64,000 nucleotides of DNA. It comes from Podarcis liolepis (taxonomy: Eukaryota). Positions 11,103-23,100 of this stretch are shown piece by piece. The position numbers and the translations under genes were made by a program. The DNA is taken from NCBI GenBank assembly GCA_965112155.1, contig OZ218104.1, one strand, 5' to 3'. Within the stretch, counting starts at the first letter, position 1. Every line of letters starts with the position of its first letter. A model generated the notes under the pieces. That model saw only the letters and a program-made list of their open reading frames with translations. It was not told where the DNA came from and made no database searches.

Positions 11103-14100
11103 CTGCAGAGAGAGAGCGGGGGGGGGGGGGAAGCATCAGTCAGGGCTGGACAAAGGGACAGCTCCTGCTTTATATTCTATGGGGAACATATCTACAAGGA
11201 ACCAAGAGATTCCTGCATTGCACGGGCTTGGACTACTTGACCCTTGGGGTACCTTCCACCTCCTATGTTGCTGTTGCAGCTTAACGGAAGAGAAGCTGAA
11301 GCCCACAAATTAGTGACTTGCCCTGTGCCACCCAGGAAACTGATGGCTAGGATAGGGTTTGAATCCACTTCCCCCAGCCCCAAGGCAAACATGATGCCCA
11401 CACTGCAGGGAGGTTGTGCTGCGCTCGTTTCAAGGCAGCCTGCCTTTTCTGTGCCACAGAGAAACACACACACCCCACGGCCCAGTTCTCTTTCACACCT
11501 TCTCCAGTTTAACCCGGAACTCGCGCCCACATTCCAGCGGCGTGGTGAAAGCATCCAGATCTTGGCCCCAGAAGGCAAAGAACTTCTCAATGCGCAAGCT
11601 GCGGAGGGCGTAGTAGCCAGAATTCCGGATCCCGTACTTCTGCCCCACGCTCATCACCTCGTTGTACACATGCAGAGCATACTGCAAGGGGAGGGTTTGG
11701 AAAAACAGCACAGAGGCATTTGAATGCAACATTTGGCATCTGCAACTCTAGAGAGTGAAAAATGGCAGCAGCCCTTGGACAGCTGCAGAAAGCTGTGGAT
11801 GATAACGTCCCTCCACCCAAGCCCAGCAAACAGCATTGAATAGCCTGGTTTGCACATAACACTTGGCCGTGGTTTATTAAACTATGGCTTATCAAACCAT
11901 GATTTGTTTGCTCATCCAAACTTTGCCCAGCAGCTTCCACCTTTTGCTGTCACAAAAACCACGATCTGAAGCTATGTTACCTTACAAAAAGCGGCTTGTT
12001 TTAACTATGTCCTAGGAGAAAGATTGCTCAGTGCTCTAGGTCAGGCATAGGCCAACTCCGGCCATCCAGATGTTTTTGAACTACAATTCCCATCATTCCT
12101 AGCAAACAAGACCAGTGGTCAGGGATGATGGGAACTGTAGTCTCAAAACATCTGGCGGGCTGGAGTTTGCCTATGCCTGCTCTAGGTAGTTGTTTAGTGT
12201 AAGAATCTGATTGCATTTTCCCTGTGGCCAGTTCCAAAGGCTGCCTGTAGTGGCTTTTGCAGGCAGAATTTAATGCCAAGTTATGCCCCTTTTGGGGATT
12301 TTTTAAAAAGCATTTCTTCCTTTCAAAATAAGTAGTAGCAATGCCTCCCCCAACCTGGTGCCTTCCAGATGCTTTGATTTAGGACAGCTCACGGTTGCCT
12401 TGGCCTGATATTGCAAGGCAGAGTTCACAGATTATTAGCTATTAGCCACTCTCTGTAAATTTGTCTATCAATGGATAAAAACAATTTGACAAACTGAATG
12501 GAGCCTTTCTAATTAAGAGGCAGAGTACCTCTGACACTGTTTGATGCTGAAGGCAAACAACATGTCCTGCCTATAAGCTGAGTATATTTAGGTAGCTTGG
12601 TTTAGATGGGCCTTTTGCCCGTTCTAGCAAAGTGCAATTCATATGGGCCTATTCTGACTGGATGCTTTCCTGCTCACAATGTGGTCTGAAAGCGAGGAAA
12701 GTTAGGTCCCAACAGGTAGATCTCCTTTTTGAGACACACAGTGGGACAAACAGGTGAGCTTGAGAAGACAGAATGGATATTAGTATCTTGTACTTCTAAG
12801 CCAAGTCTTTTACTCTGGATCTTTCTATACCATCCCGTGGAAAAAGGGAGAAGAGGTTCTCCTCAGTCCTGAAAATTAAAGTTTTGGTCTTAAGACAACA
12901 AAGCACCTCTCACCTCAATGGGGATGTAGAGCATGAATCCCGGTTCTCCAGTGTGCGTCATGCTCATGACACGGATGCCGTTGGCGTAGCCCACGCTCAT
13001 CTCCTGTAGGAAACAGGAAGCAAAGGAAGAAAATGGAAGGTGGCAAAAGCACATGGGCAACCCAGGACAAGAAGAGAGGGAGCAACCGTTCACTCTCTCC
13101 ACTGAGAGGAAGGAGACAATCAAGAAGCTTAAGCACCAGAGAAGCAAGCAGAGATGACACGGTAGAATAAACATTATACAATCTTTTTTAAAAAAAACAC
13201 TTCTGCAATGAGCACAAGCAGCTGGGAGCTTGCAAGAAAAGACTCCTCAAGCGCCTGGCTTCTGGTTCCTGGGTGTCTTTTATTTATTTATTTTGTTGCA
13301 TTTATATCCCACCTTTTTCTGCAAGGAGCTGAAGGTAGCTTACATGGTTCTCGTCCCGTCCCCCCCGTCTTCCCCGTTTAATCATCACTGCCCACAATCA
13401 GATTGATCATTTGATGAGCAGAAAAGAGGTGATGACTGCCCCCTACAGCTGATTAGCATGGATCAGTCCAGGAGTGGGGGCTGTATGTGTGCATGCAACC
13501 CCTCAAATGGCAAATGTGACCCTCGTGCTAAAAAAAATGGTTAGCCACCCCTGCATTTGGAGATTCATTTTTGAGGGTGGGGTCCAGAGGTCAGGCCCAT
13601 TTCCACGATAACATTCTCCATTCACAAGGATTGGACACAAGATTCTCTGTCTGGGGACAGAAGGTTCATGTATATGCTGGAGAGAGGAGGGGAACACTTT
13701 TTTTTAAAAAGTTACACCCATAAAAAAACTTGAAAAAATAAATTCCCAAGCTTTACACGCTGGACAGAACGACTCAGGGCATTCCAAACCACTCCCTGTT
13801 TCTGCAGTGTACAAAAGCGCCTCTTACAATTTGTTTGTGGGCAGCCAGTTTGTGATCAGCACCACCACCAGGGTGTAATTAGGAAGATATATCCTCACTG
13901 GCTCATTGACATTGAGAGCATCAGAGGTCCCACTGTAGGTTTTCCAGCTAGCCTTACAGAATGAACATTCCTTCTGGTGCTGGAAGGAGTGTCATGTTTT
14001 GAAGCATGAAATGAGCCACTGTAGCGAGTAAGCACGGCGGATAAAAGAAAAGAGAGCTACATATCAGGGAAGGCCTAGTTCAAATCTCACCTTGGCTATA

Positions 14101-17100
14101 AAAACTTTGTTGGCCTTAGGCCAGCTGCTCTCTCTCAGCCTCAACTGCCCTCTCCCTACCTTATTTGCAATAATAAAGAGTTTCCTATAGGCCTGTTGTA
14201 TTACCAAGAATGTAAAGCACTTTGAATGCTGTAGGACAAAGGTAGCCAGCAGGGTGTCCTCCAGATGTTATTGCAGCAGCACAGAGAATAATTAAGGCAC
14301 CCTTCATAAATGCATCCACCCCTGTCCTCAAGCCACAGATATTCTCTAATCTGAAAACTGCTACAGAACAGGCAAGAAACACCCTGCAACGTAATCATTG
14401 CAATATTCAGCAAGACGAAGACATGGCAGGACACTTTGCCTGGTAAACGCACAACCTGTGCCCTGCAAATTGGCCAAGATTTGAACTCTGTATGAGGCCT
14501 GCCACAAAGACATCAGTCTACAAAGTGTCCTATCTTTAAGGAGCCTTCTTCCAACTTTGAGTGAAGCCCTGCCCCCATGTTTGCACCACAGATTGTATGC
14601 TGAATTCAATGACATACTCTCAGGTTGCACAAGGCACTGTCTAGAACTGCTTGGACTCACCACCACCCCATGCAAACTAAGAGTATGCCCAGCAGCAATC
14701 TTAATATTGTATTTTAATGTTGTAACCTGACCTGGGACCTTAGGGAGAAGGGCAGGCAATGAACAACAACAACAATCTTGGCTACACATCACAAATCCAT
14801 AAAAAGCTGGAAGAAAGCCAGGCTTCTCCAGGACAGTTTGAAAACCAGAGCATCACATAAAGCCGCTTTGAGACACAACATTAACACAACCCCCAGCCAT
14901 TCTGCCTTATGTGTGGTCTTAGGTGACAAACCTGAGGGCAGAGGCAGAGAGATACACAAAACAGGACCTCTGAGTTTACAAATAATGCTCCACAACATTT
15001 TAATAAACTATGGCTTATTAAACCACAGCTTAGTGTTGTGTGTGAATGCTGCGCAGCAGCTAGAATCATTGTTTGTTGTTGGCTTGTGAATCTTGGTTTG
15101 TTTTAACTACACCTTTCCTCTACTGTAGTTTGACTGGCCACTCTGACCCAAACTAAAAAGGCATAATGCAGGAGAAGTCTGAAAACAAACCAAGCTTTAA
15201 CAAGCCATGGTTTGTTGGATTGTGGGACAACTCCTGGCTAACTCATGTTAAACAAGCCACACCTTAGTACAGTGTGTGAACCAGGCCATTGTGTGAACCG
15301 GTTCCTTTGCATGAGGAGTAAGCAGATTTCTAAAACAAACTGAAAAACATGTGACATACCTTGCAAAAGAGGGATGGAAAGTGCTCTGGGGTCATCGGAG
15401 CATAGGACAGCTCTGACAGGACGTCCACAGCACGTGGGCCAATCAGATTCAATGCTAGGTAGAGAAAAGCACAAGGGTTTCTACCTCTGAGCAATCTGCA
15501 GAATGAAAGGGAAGGTCCCACCCAAGTCAACTCCACCCCTCAGTTTTCCTTGGCACAGCTCAGGGCCATAGTTGACAGAGGAGGAAGATGGTTTGGAAAG
15601 AACAGTAGGCATGAAATCAAATTCTGCTGCAGAAAGAAGAGCCCATCATCCAAGTCAGGGATCATGGGAGCTGAGCTCCAACAACATCTGTGGATCCGAG
15701 GAACAACTAAGAATTTACGTTTGACTCATTTAAAGCAGGGAGGCTCATTAACACTAGCACTAAAGCACCCCCATCTGGAGACCACAAACCTAGCTTTGCT
15801 ACCAGAGGAATTGCACGCTAATCTTGACATGGCACTGCAACTGAAGATGGAAACCCCATACCAAGTTCAACCACAGCCACCCTCCCCTCTCTTCAGGCAC
15901 CTTGCCATGACATAACTGTGGTGTGCAAGTCTCTGTACCCGGGCAGCCAATGACAGGAGAAACATGGGGCTGTCTTTTTTTGATGGTGGCATCATGCGAG
16001 AGCATAGTTCCACCCTCAGTAGTGAAAGCAAGGGGTAAATCATCTTCTAAGAGGTAGAAGATTCTAAGAGAAGATGTGAAATAGGAGCCTATATTTCAAA
16101 ATGAACTTCACATATAAGCCCAGGGAGTATTTCCCACACTACATAGCACCAAGCTTGGATCTGTCACTGATCAGATGCCAATAGGGAGCCACAACCAAAC
16201 CCGCATTGCCTGTGAGAATACCTAGATAATACATTTGCAAAAACCTATTTACCACATTCATATTTTTACAGCAACTTTCCCCAAACAGCTGCCCTCCCTT
16301 TGTTTGGGATTGCAGCCAGCATGGGGCTCCAGAGCAACTGAAAACATGACTTCTTGCTGAAGGAGCATCTGCAGCCGCTCCAGCTGTGTCAGAATCTGCA
16401 GGTACAATATTCCCTCCTGCCTTACCTGTGTACTTCCAGGTTACATCTTCCAAGAACAGGTTGCTGTCAACAGGCATGTGCTTCTTCAACCAGGACCAGC
16501 AATGGACTTGCTGGTCTGTGGGGGAAATCATGAAGAAGCTGGAATGCAAAGTACAATGGAGAAGGTTAAGCACAAGGCAGGGGCCAGGCACTGGGGAGGT
16601 ATTGGGAGGTATTGTGGCGTGGTGGACCTGTCCACACCCACAGAGGGCTTGAAGCAAAGCCTGTTGGGATTTGCGACTCTCCTGGGGTGGATAATCACTG
16701 AGTCCAGGCTCTCAGGTTCTTGCAACTGCATTCAACCTGGGAGGCGTTCCATCCTCCAACATGGCCCTGAAAGGTCCCCTTGAAGCATACAAAGCTGTAC
16801 CTGAGCTACAGAGGCATTGGAGCACAAAGTATTCCCATAATTAATGTGAAACAACAATTCACATCCTATAATCCAAATGGTTTTCCTGCAACTCTGAGGG
16901 CCCTGTCTTGCACTCTCTTGGCTTGAAGAATGAGACCACCGGCCTCCCAGGGAGTGAAATTTGGCATCAGAAGCTTCCCTGAATGCAGACCAAATATTTA
17001 CCAAACTCAAAGGCAAGCCTGTAGCACTTTGCTCAATTCAGCCCTTCGTTTGAGAAGCAAATTGAAGACTAGAACCAAGTACACCACCTTGAGCTTCTTG

Positions 17101-20100
17101 AAGGTGGGATATAGATACATTAAAAATAATAATCTGTGGAAGATAGACTCTAGAGTAGGGACGGGCAGCCTTTGGGCTTCCACCAGTTTCTGGACTACAA
17201 TTTCAATTATCCCTGAACAATGGGCCAGGCTGGTTGGGGGCCAATGGGACTTCCACAAAAATAGATATTGCAAATAAACAAAGGATCTAGGTGGTGAACG
17301 TAACACTTCAAGAAGGGGGGTGAAGGATATAAAGTAGCAATTTCTTGTGTGTCATGAAACTGATTTGCTGTATATTCAGGACAGAATAAAGGAAGCCCTC
17401 CTTCACAAAACATAATTTATCCCCCCTCCAAATCAAATCTGGGAAGTTCTGCTCTTCTCGTATCCTCTTCTTCTACGCACAGCACTAACAGAGGCATTGC
17501 GTAATGTGGAAGGTGAGTCTTCAAAGCAGGAAGGCAGAAGAAAGAGCAGGCAAAAGGATGAGTCCGAATAAGCCTACCTGCGCTTGTTTAGGCGGACGAT
17601 GCTGCAGTCGTTCTCGTATCCTCCGTTGTGATTGAGCATCCCTGTGTGCACTATGTGCCCCACTGGCACATCCAGGTCATTGGAGAAGAGATACTGCAAG
17701 ACGTCCAGGGCCTGGTCCCCTGTGGACTGCAGCATGGGGAGGTGGGAGAGGAGAAAAAAATCAGAGACAGCAGCAGAAGCAGGATTTGTCCATCCCTTTT
17801 TGAAATGGCTCTCAGCTCCTGACACAAGTAAGCACCTTGAGATGCCCACATTCCTCAGTGTATGCATTTCTAACTGTATTTACCCTAAATTACACATTTC
17901 CTTAGCCACTTTGCTACTTTAGTTAATGCCTTGCTGCAAAAAACACACAAAAAGGCAAGTTTCCAGGCCTTAATAGCTATGACCATTACATGGGCAACCC
18001 TTTGCTTGCTTACAGCCTGAGCGCTCTCCAAACCAAGGTGCATTTCTCTCCGTAAGATTCATTCCAGCTGCCTGGAGGGATACAGCTTGAATCATAAAGG
18101 CTTAGAAGCTCAGAAGCATTGAGGAAAAGCTCAGTGTCAAAGTTCACAAAATGTCCATTTTGCAAGTTTTGGCTGATACATGGAGGAAGACCTTTCTCCA
18201 TGGCAGCACCCACCCTCTGGAATGGTCCTATCAGGGGTCTCTCTTAGTGCCTCTCCACAATACTTTTATTTATTTCTGTAAGCCTTTTAATGCAGGGTGG
18301 GTTAACTGTGGTCCTCCAGATGTGGCTGGACTCCAACTCCCATCTGCATTGCCAGTGGTCAGAAAGATGATGATGGGAGTTGTAGCCCAAAAATATCTGG
18401 AGGGCCACAGCTGCCCCATTCTTGCCATAAAGGCTTTGGTCTGCCCAAGAGTGTTTAATTGCTGTTGCCATTTTCATCTGTATGGTTCAGCTAAAAGTCG
18501 CTTTTTATAAAATAACGACAGCTCTGTATCAACTGAACAAACTTTGAGGGTTTCTAGACACCCAAGCAAGCTACAGAAGCAGATGCCAGGCCCACAGTGC
18601 TGGTCCATGTCCCTCTCACAACCACACTTACGCTTATTTCAAACTTGGTGAACGAGGACATGTCAATGACGCAGACGGCTTCCTTGCAGCACTTGACCTC
18701 TGCCCCCACAATGTCAAACCAGTCTGGCTTGTAGAAGGTCTTGCTCTGATCCAGGGCCAGCAAGTCTGAAGATGAGGAAGCACAAGACTTGGGTCAAAAC
18801 ACCTAGATGCTGGCACCCCGTGCTCCAAGGGCTATGTACGGAGGACAACGCTCTCACCTTTCCCAGGCGGCACAAAGTACTTGGCCCTCTCAAAGCCGTG
18901 CTTCTCCATCCACCTGGCTCCTTGTGCATCCAGCCGGTCATAGAGGGGTGACGTGCGCAGCTGCCTGCCGGTCTGGAAATCCCAGCGGGGAACTTTCAGG
19001 TCATAAATCAGGGCTGGAGGGGCCACAGAATCACAGAATCAAAGCGCTGGAAGGGACACAAATCCATCACCTTCCTAGTCCAGACAGGACACCCTACACA
19101 GCCCTGATTTAACGTGGGGCGCGAGCGAGTCCAGCTGCAGGCTACTTACGCATCACTTCCATGACGCGGTGGCGGAGGAAGGTGCGGCTGCTCTGCAGAG
19201 CCCCAAAGCGCTTCAGGTCCAGGGGCCACACGTTGTCAGAGGGGTAGCCATTCACCATCCATTCAGCCATGTATCTGGCCAAGGAGGGAGACAAGCAGGC
19301 CCAGAAGGTTAAATAGTGCAGGAGAGCAGACAGTTAACAGACTGTGCTTGTGGCAGAGTGGTGGGGAGCGGTAATTACACCCAGAGATAACATTGTAGGA
19401 GATAGAGCTACAGTGGGGACACATTATTGCCTGCAATCCCTCCTTGCTCAAGCAAGAGCAAAACATAAAATCCCTTTGCCCAAACCAGAAAGGTCACAGC
19501 AACTCCGGATGTCACAAGGAACATCCATTAGCCCAAGGATTGGGAACCTCAAGCCTGGGAGCCAAATGCAGGCCTCAAAATCTCCCTATCTGCCCCCCAA
19601 GTCTCCTCCCCGACCATATCCCATTACCAGCTACAGCCCTTACTGCATCTGCTTTGCACCTCCTTGAATCTTTTTGCCTGGTTTGAGATGTGCCCTTGAA
19701 CTCTGATAATGCCTCGTGGTTGCCCAGATGGAGGACAGAGAGGGATGTGCCAGCATGCGCAGAAACTAGCAGCAGACAAGGAGCAGCTGAGCAGCCCCTT
19801 CTGCTGGAAACTGCAGGGCCCTGGCATAGCTTTGCCTTAGAGAAGCAGCACATAGACTTTAAATGCACCTACAGGAAGCTGGTGCATATAGAGTTCTACA
19901 AGTGGTGCCCTCATCCCTGGCCCTCTGCCTCTCCCATGCAGAGAGGGGTGAGCCACTTACTTGCCTGCTCCTCCACCAAAAGACGTGCCAGCCGAGTTCA
20001 TCCCTGCCAGGACAAAGTAGCCCTGCACATTGGGCGACTCTCCCATGATGCACCGCATGTCTGGAGTGAAGGATTCTGGGCAATTCACCAGCTGCACGAT

Positions 20101-23100
20101 CTCCAGAGCCTCCAGATCCGGCATCCTCCGCAGAAGGGCACTCAGAAGTGGCTCTACTCCCCAAGATGAGACAGAACAAACAATCACTATTTGGAGGGAT
20201 TGCCAGCATACCCAAACCCTCATTGCCCCCACCCCATCACCGTCAAGTTCCAAGTTTACAAACACAGCAGCCCACAGATGTTGACTCTGTTGCTTGTAGC
20301 ACTTGTTGAGAGCCCAGAATACAGCTTTTTGCTCGCAGCACCAATCAACAATGTGCCCAGAGTGGGCCAGCCAAGGCAGGGAAAGGGAGAACTTTATAAA
20401 CTAACTGTAAAAGCAAAGAGGAAGTGCAAAGTGCAGGTGTCACTCACCAAGCCAGGCACTCACTCACTTGCACAATGCTTTGCTCAAGCCAACATGTCTC
20501 ATATTAGGAAAGGTGCATCTGGAGGACTTGGGGACACACACACCCTTTCCTGATCCACCCAACGTACCAAAGTGATCCCAGTCCTCTTGCAGGTTCTGTA
20601 TCTCCAGCTGGTTCCGGCCCTCCGTGAAGATCGGCTTGGGGTTCTTCTCAAAGCCGCCTGAAAGGATGCCCCCCTGCCAACTGCGGATGTAGATCCTCCC
20701 ATCAGGGTCCACAATAGCTATGGGGGGCGGGGTAACAGGAAGGGAAAGAAGTGATTGTTTGCATGTGGGCAGAAGGCTCCCGGAAATTCAGTCAGGGAAG
20801 AAAGCTAGAGCCCCTGCCTGCTTTGGGGAGGCTAAGTCGACCTTGCACTGATTCTTGGGCTTTTATAAATACAGTGGTACCTCGGGTTACATACGCTTCA
20901 GGTTACATACGCTTCAGGTTACATACGCTTCAGATTAGAGACTCCGCTAACCCAGAAATAGTACCTCGGGTTAAGAACTTTGCTTCAGGATGAGAACAGA
21001 AATCATGCTCCGGCGGCGCGGCGGCAGCAGGAGGCCCCATTAGCTAAAGTGGTGCTTCAGGTTAAGAACAGTTTCAGGTTAAGAACGGACCTCCAGAACG
21101 AATCAAGTACTGAACCCGAGGTACCACTGTATGACCAAAAGTCTTTCCTCTGGTGTAGCATCTAGAACAAGGCAGGCTGTTTGCAAGGGGCTATCAAAAC
21201 CAATGCTTTAGCTGATCGTGGTAAGCCAACCAGCCCTGAAAACTTCCTCCCCTTTCTTCTGTAGCTGCCGAGCTGTGTGCTATCCTCTGCTTACGATAGG
21301 GGTAGGGAAGCTCAGGCCAAGGGCCCAAATGCAGCCTTCTAGTCCCCTGCATCTGGCCCTGGTGTGTCCTCCTCTCATGATGTTGCCTGGCTAGAATGCA
21401 TCCTTTAACTGCCATGGCACCTCTGAATTGCCTAGATGGTGTGTGTCTGGTCACGCCCACTCTTGCCACACCCACCACTCTGTACGCAGCTCCTGGAAGG
21501 TTGCCCAGAAGGAAAGTGGCTCTCAGGCTGAAAATGTTCCCCACCCGATTTACAAAAACTGCTTAAGAGCCACTGGGCAAGCAAAGGCAGCCCCACATGC
21601 CACAGCTGCTCAGAGAGGACTACAAAGCACAACTTTTTCACCCAATGCCTCCTTGTTCATTTCCTCCCCAATTCCTTAAAAGCAGCCAGACACCCATGAG
21701 TCTTTCTGACCCAATACAGCCCACTGGCTGGCTGACGTGGGCTGTCTTCTGTCTCAGCCAAAGGCCTTTCCCAGACCCCCTCCCTGTCCTGCGTCTAGAA
21801 TTTGTGCACTGCAACTGAACAATGAGTGCCTGCGTGGGAGGCAAAGGGGTCCATGAGAGGGTGCAGAGGGAGGGTCCTTACTTGGCGTGCTGCTCTCCAG
21901 CGGCGTCTTCAAGGGCCGGGTCAGGAGGTAGAAGTGCTCACAGGCGTGCAGAGGGATGCTGACAGGTTCCTCGTTGGAAAGGCCCAGCTCGTAAGCCCAC
22001 TGAAACCAAGGCGGGGAAGTTAGCGCTCAAGCAGAAGGCAGGTTGCACTACCATGTAGCTTAATGGGATCACATGCCAGGTAACACTGCAGGGAAGGGGG
22101 TAGGGAAGCGAGACAGAAAAGGTGCTGGATGAGAGGGGGCAAGGAGATCCTGCGCAAACATCTAGAGGGCACCCGCTTGGCAAAGGCTGGCACTAGTGCC
22201 TTATAGCTTCTTGCCCTTCTCTACAACTAGAGGCAAAATAAATTATTCACCATTAACTAAACTAGCTGATTCTGCAGCTCACAATTCCAATAGAAAGCAC
22301 TGACTACATATAGCCCAGACTAAAGTACCCAACTTGGGAGTGCAGGATCCTTCCCTCCCACCAATCCTACAGCCATGCAGTCAGCATAGGAAGCCAGGTT
22401 TGCCCTGACTCAGTTCACACCAGACATGTGGTGCAGCATGGAAGGAAAAACCCAACAAGAACCATTTTCTAGGTTGAACACAAAGCCCTGCAAGCCCTGA
22501 GGGCGGGGGGGGGGGGTTGTACCAGCACAAAAGGCTTGCCTTTTTGAGAGAACAACCTTTTGCTAATTTGGAAAGTATTCCCCAAAAAGAAGCATCAGGA
22601 GAAATCTGAGTTCATTCACAGCAGTTGTTTGTGAGTCAATGCACACACACGCCGACAACAGCAGCCACACAAAACAATTGGCACCTGACCTGCCCAGCAC
22701 AGTTAACAAAATACTGGCACTCGATCATTCCTCTGTCAGTCTCCACTCCAGCCACACAACCCTTTTGGCACAAGACATGGATAACACTCGTCCGCTCATG
22801 GATCTGGGCACCTGGGTGGAGAAAGCGGAAAAGGGAGCCAGAAATTAGAATCATAGAACTGTAGAGTTGGAAGAGACTTAAAGGGCCACCCAGTCCAACC
22901 CCCTCCAATTGCTCCCCACTCCAAAGAAAAGCTGCTTGCAGAGCAGGTCCATTGGATCTGTCACCTCTCTTGCCCCCTGCCTGGCCCTGGCCAAAGTGGC
23001 ATCGCTACAGGAAGCACAAATCAAGAGTCTCAATTAGGCCAGCATGCTCACAGATGAGCTGAGAAATTAAGCAGCAGACTGCTGTACCCCAGAAGCAATC

